Shown: positions 63,312 through 64,000 of the stretch, in pieces | Numbering within the stretch: position 1 is the stretch's first letter | How the letters are laid out: every line of letters starts with the position of its first letter | Source of the DNA: a virus | Virus record (IMG/VR): IMGVR_UViG_3300045988_151707 | Coordinates: 46,036-110,035 of that record | Direction: 5' to 3' (one strand) | DNA: 64,000 bases | Program-made: the position numbers and the translations under genes | Notes under the pieces: model-generated | What the model was told of the DNA's origin: nothing | Database searches by the model: none | The model's input: the letters and a program-made list of their open reading frames with translations, nothing else

Positions 63312-63345
63312 AAGTCCATAATTTTAAGTTAGTATATAGTAACGG
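63312..63345 (-). repeat. intergenic unit U18
   Basis: cataagtccataattttaaGTTAGTA. Box at 63328-63334. Confidence 0.65.
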
Positions 63346-63641
63346 GTATCGACTATGCACGACCCGGGAGAACATAGTTCACCCGTTAGGCTACCTTTCG
63401 GCTCCTTTCCCGCTATCAATATATTACTATCTCATACGGATTTTTTGTTACAGACTAACCGCGCCGCGTGTACTTTGTTCCGTTTGCTTTCGTGTGTAGC
63501 TGTCAAACTATGACAGCCGGGAAAGTATCAAACTATGATAGTGAACAGGATCACCAGCCGGAACGCAGCTTACGTTTATACGGTTTTTTTTCAAAGAACA
63601 TTTTTTCTTTCTGGATAATTTCAGGAGCGGAAAGAAAAACG

Positions 63642-63722
63642 TATCTTTGTTTTGCAACAAACAGAAGAAAGTTTTATCTTTCTTTTTCCCGGGCGGGTAT
63701 TCCTGTAATACCCGCTTTTTTT
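63642..63722 (+). ncRNA. candidate small RNA (-7 box to intrinsic terminator)
   Basis: TAtcTTTG at 63642-63649. Hairpin agaaag/ctttct, then the terminator gcgggtat-tcctgta-atacccgc plus T7 (63693-63722). There is no credible ORF here. Confidence 0.3.
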
Positions 63723-63915
63723 ATACCTGGAAAGAACGTTGTATCAGTTTTGGCAAGCCTGATTTACTTGTGTAACCTTTTGTTTTTCGATTACACTACG
63801 AAGGTACTCAAATTTCTCTATTGCGCAATAGGTATACACATTTTTCTCTATTATTTTAACCGTTATTTAATATTCAGTCCAAAATGAAAGGTTTATTCAC
63901 ATTTTCGCGCGCTTT

Positions 63916-63951
63916 CTGGTGGCGTTCCTACATGGTGAGGAACGCCACCAG
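63916..63951. repeat. perfect 13-bp inverted repeat (hairpin)
   Basis: ctggtggcgttcc-tacatggtga-ggaacgccaccag. Confidence 0.85.
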
Positions 63952-64000
63952 CGGACACCAGCGGACACCAGCGGACACCAGCGGACACCAGCGGACACCA
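63952..64000. repeat. tandem decamer repeat cggacaccag, at least 4.9 copies, truncated by the window
   Basis: Read directly. It continues to the last base of the window. Confidence 0.9.

Larger units (their letters stand above)
53593..63345. repeat. array of ~19 dispersed intergenic units (stem-loop + GTCTAAC box + GAATTATG start context)
   Basis: The individual units are listed below: 16 in gene orientation (minus) and 3 inverted, ORF-less units at the left edge. Confidence 0.85.

Noticed and set aside
53593-63345. Integron-like attC array, because plus-strand GTTAGAC/GTTAGGC fits the attC core GTTRRRY
   Set aside because: The box is not part of the stem. There is no matching RYYYAAC partner on the other side of the hairpin and no R''/L''-L'/R' organisation. 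On the coding strand the box sits in the wrong orientation relative to the genes. No IntI-type integrase is adjacent. The resemblance is kept only as a remark.
53593-63345. CRISPR array
   Set aside because: The repeats are separated by complete protein-coding genes of 150-1100 bp, the hairpin arms are not conserved, and there are no cas genes.
63468-63887. 139-aa plus-strand ORF
   Set aside because: It reads through a strong intrinsic terminator, is Phe/Tyr/Ile-rich with low complexity, and has no start context.
1-64000. Additional DGR variable repeats (remote targets)
   Set aside because: Reading by eye found no further copy of the TR core (..ccagacgttgccgcccaggac..) in the window. This needs a computational search to confirm.

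Overview
This window is a mosaic mobile element. I infer it is Bacteroidales-type from the TAnnTTTG -7 promoter boxes, lipobox lipoproteins, a fimbrillin-like gene and DUF4494/DUF1599-like genes. It is a tailed-phage genome segment that also carries plasmid maintenance functions, so it is probably a phage-plasmid or plasmid-like prophage. From left to right it contains:

1. A diversity-generating retroelement: fibre-like target gene with VR, avd, TR, and an RT cut by the window edge. The RT ORF is missing from the supplied track.
2. Minus-strand virion and lysis genes (amidase endolysin, holin-like protein, 1019-aa fibre) preceded by five copies of one conserved promoter architecture.
3. A frameshifted tyrosine recombinase next to a ~515-bp candidate invertible segment that holds two back-to-back alternative knob domains.
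4. An 8.4-kb plus-strand operon of about 20 small unknown genes.
5. A portal-like gene, a ParA/ParG-like partition locus with 9-mer repeats, a fimbrillin-like lipoprotein, and an iteron-flanked origin with a Rep initiator.
6. A minus-strand DNA metabolism and modification block: RlmN/Cfr-like radical SAM, large C5-MTase, PD-(D/E)xK protein, two DUF1599-like proteins, SSB, PAPS-reductase-like protein, DUF4406-like protein, DPPY MTase and a DEDD exonuclease.
7. An IS200/IS605 element (tnpA and tnpB).
8. A ~9.7-kb array of about 17 small genes, including ArdA and a BRCT protein. Each gene is framed by a conserved unit of stem-loop, GTCTAAC box and GAATTATG start. This is the most unusual structure in the window.
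9. An ORF-free 0.7-kb CA-rich region, and a 13-bp hairpin with decamer repeats at the window end.

All protein family calls come from motif recognition by eye. No searches were run.
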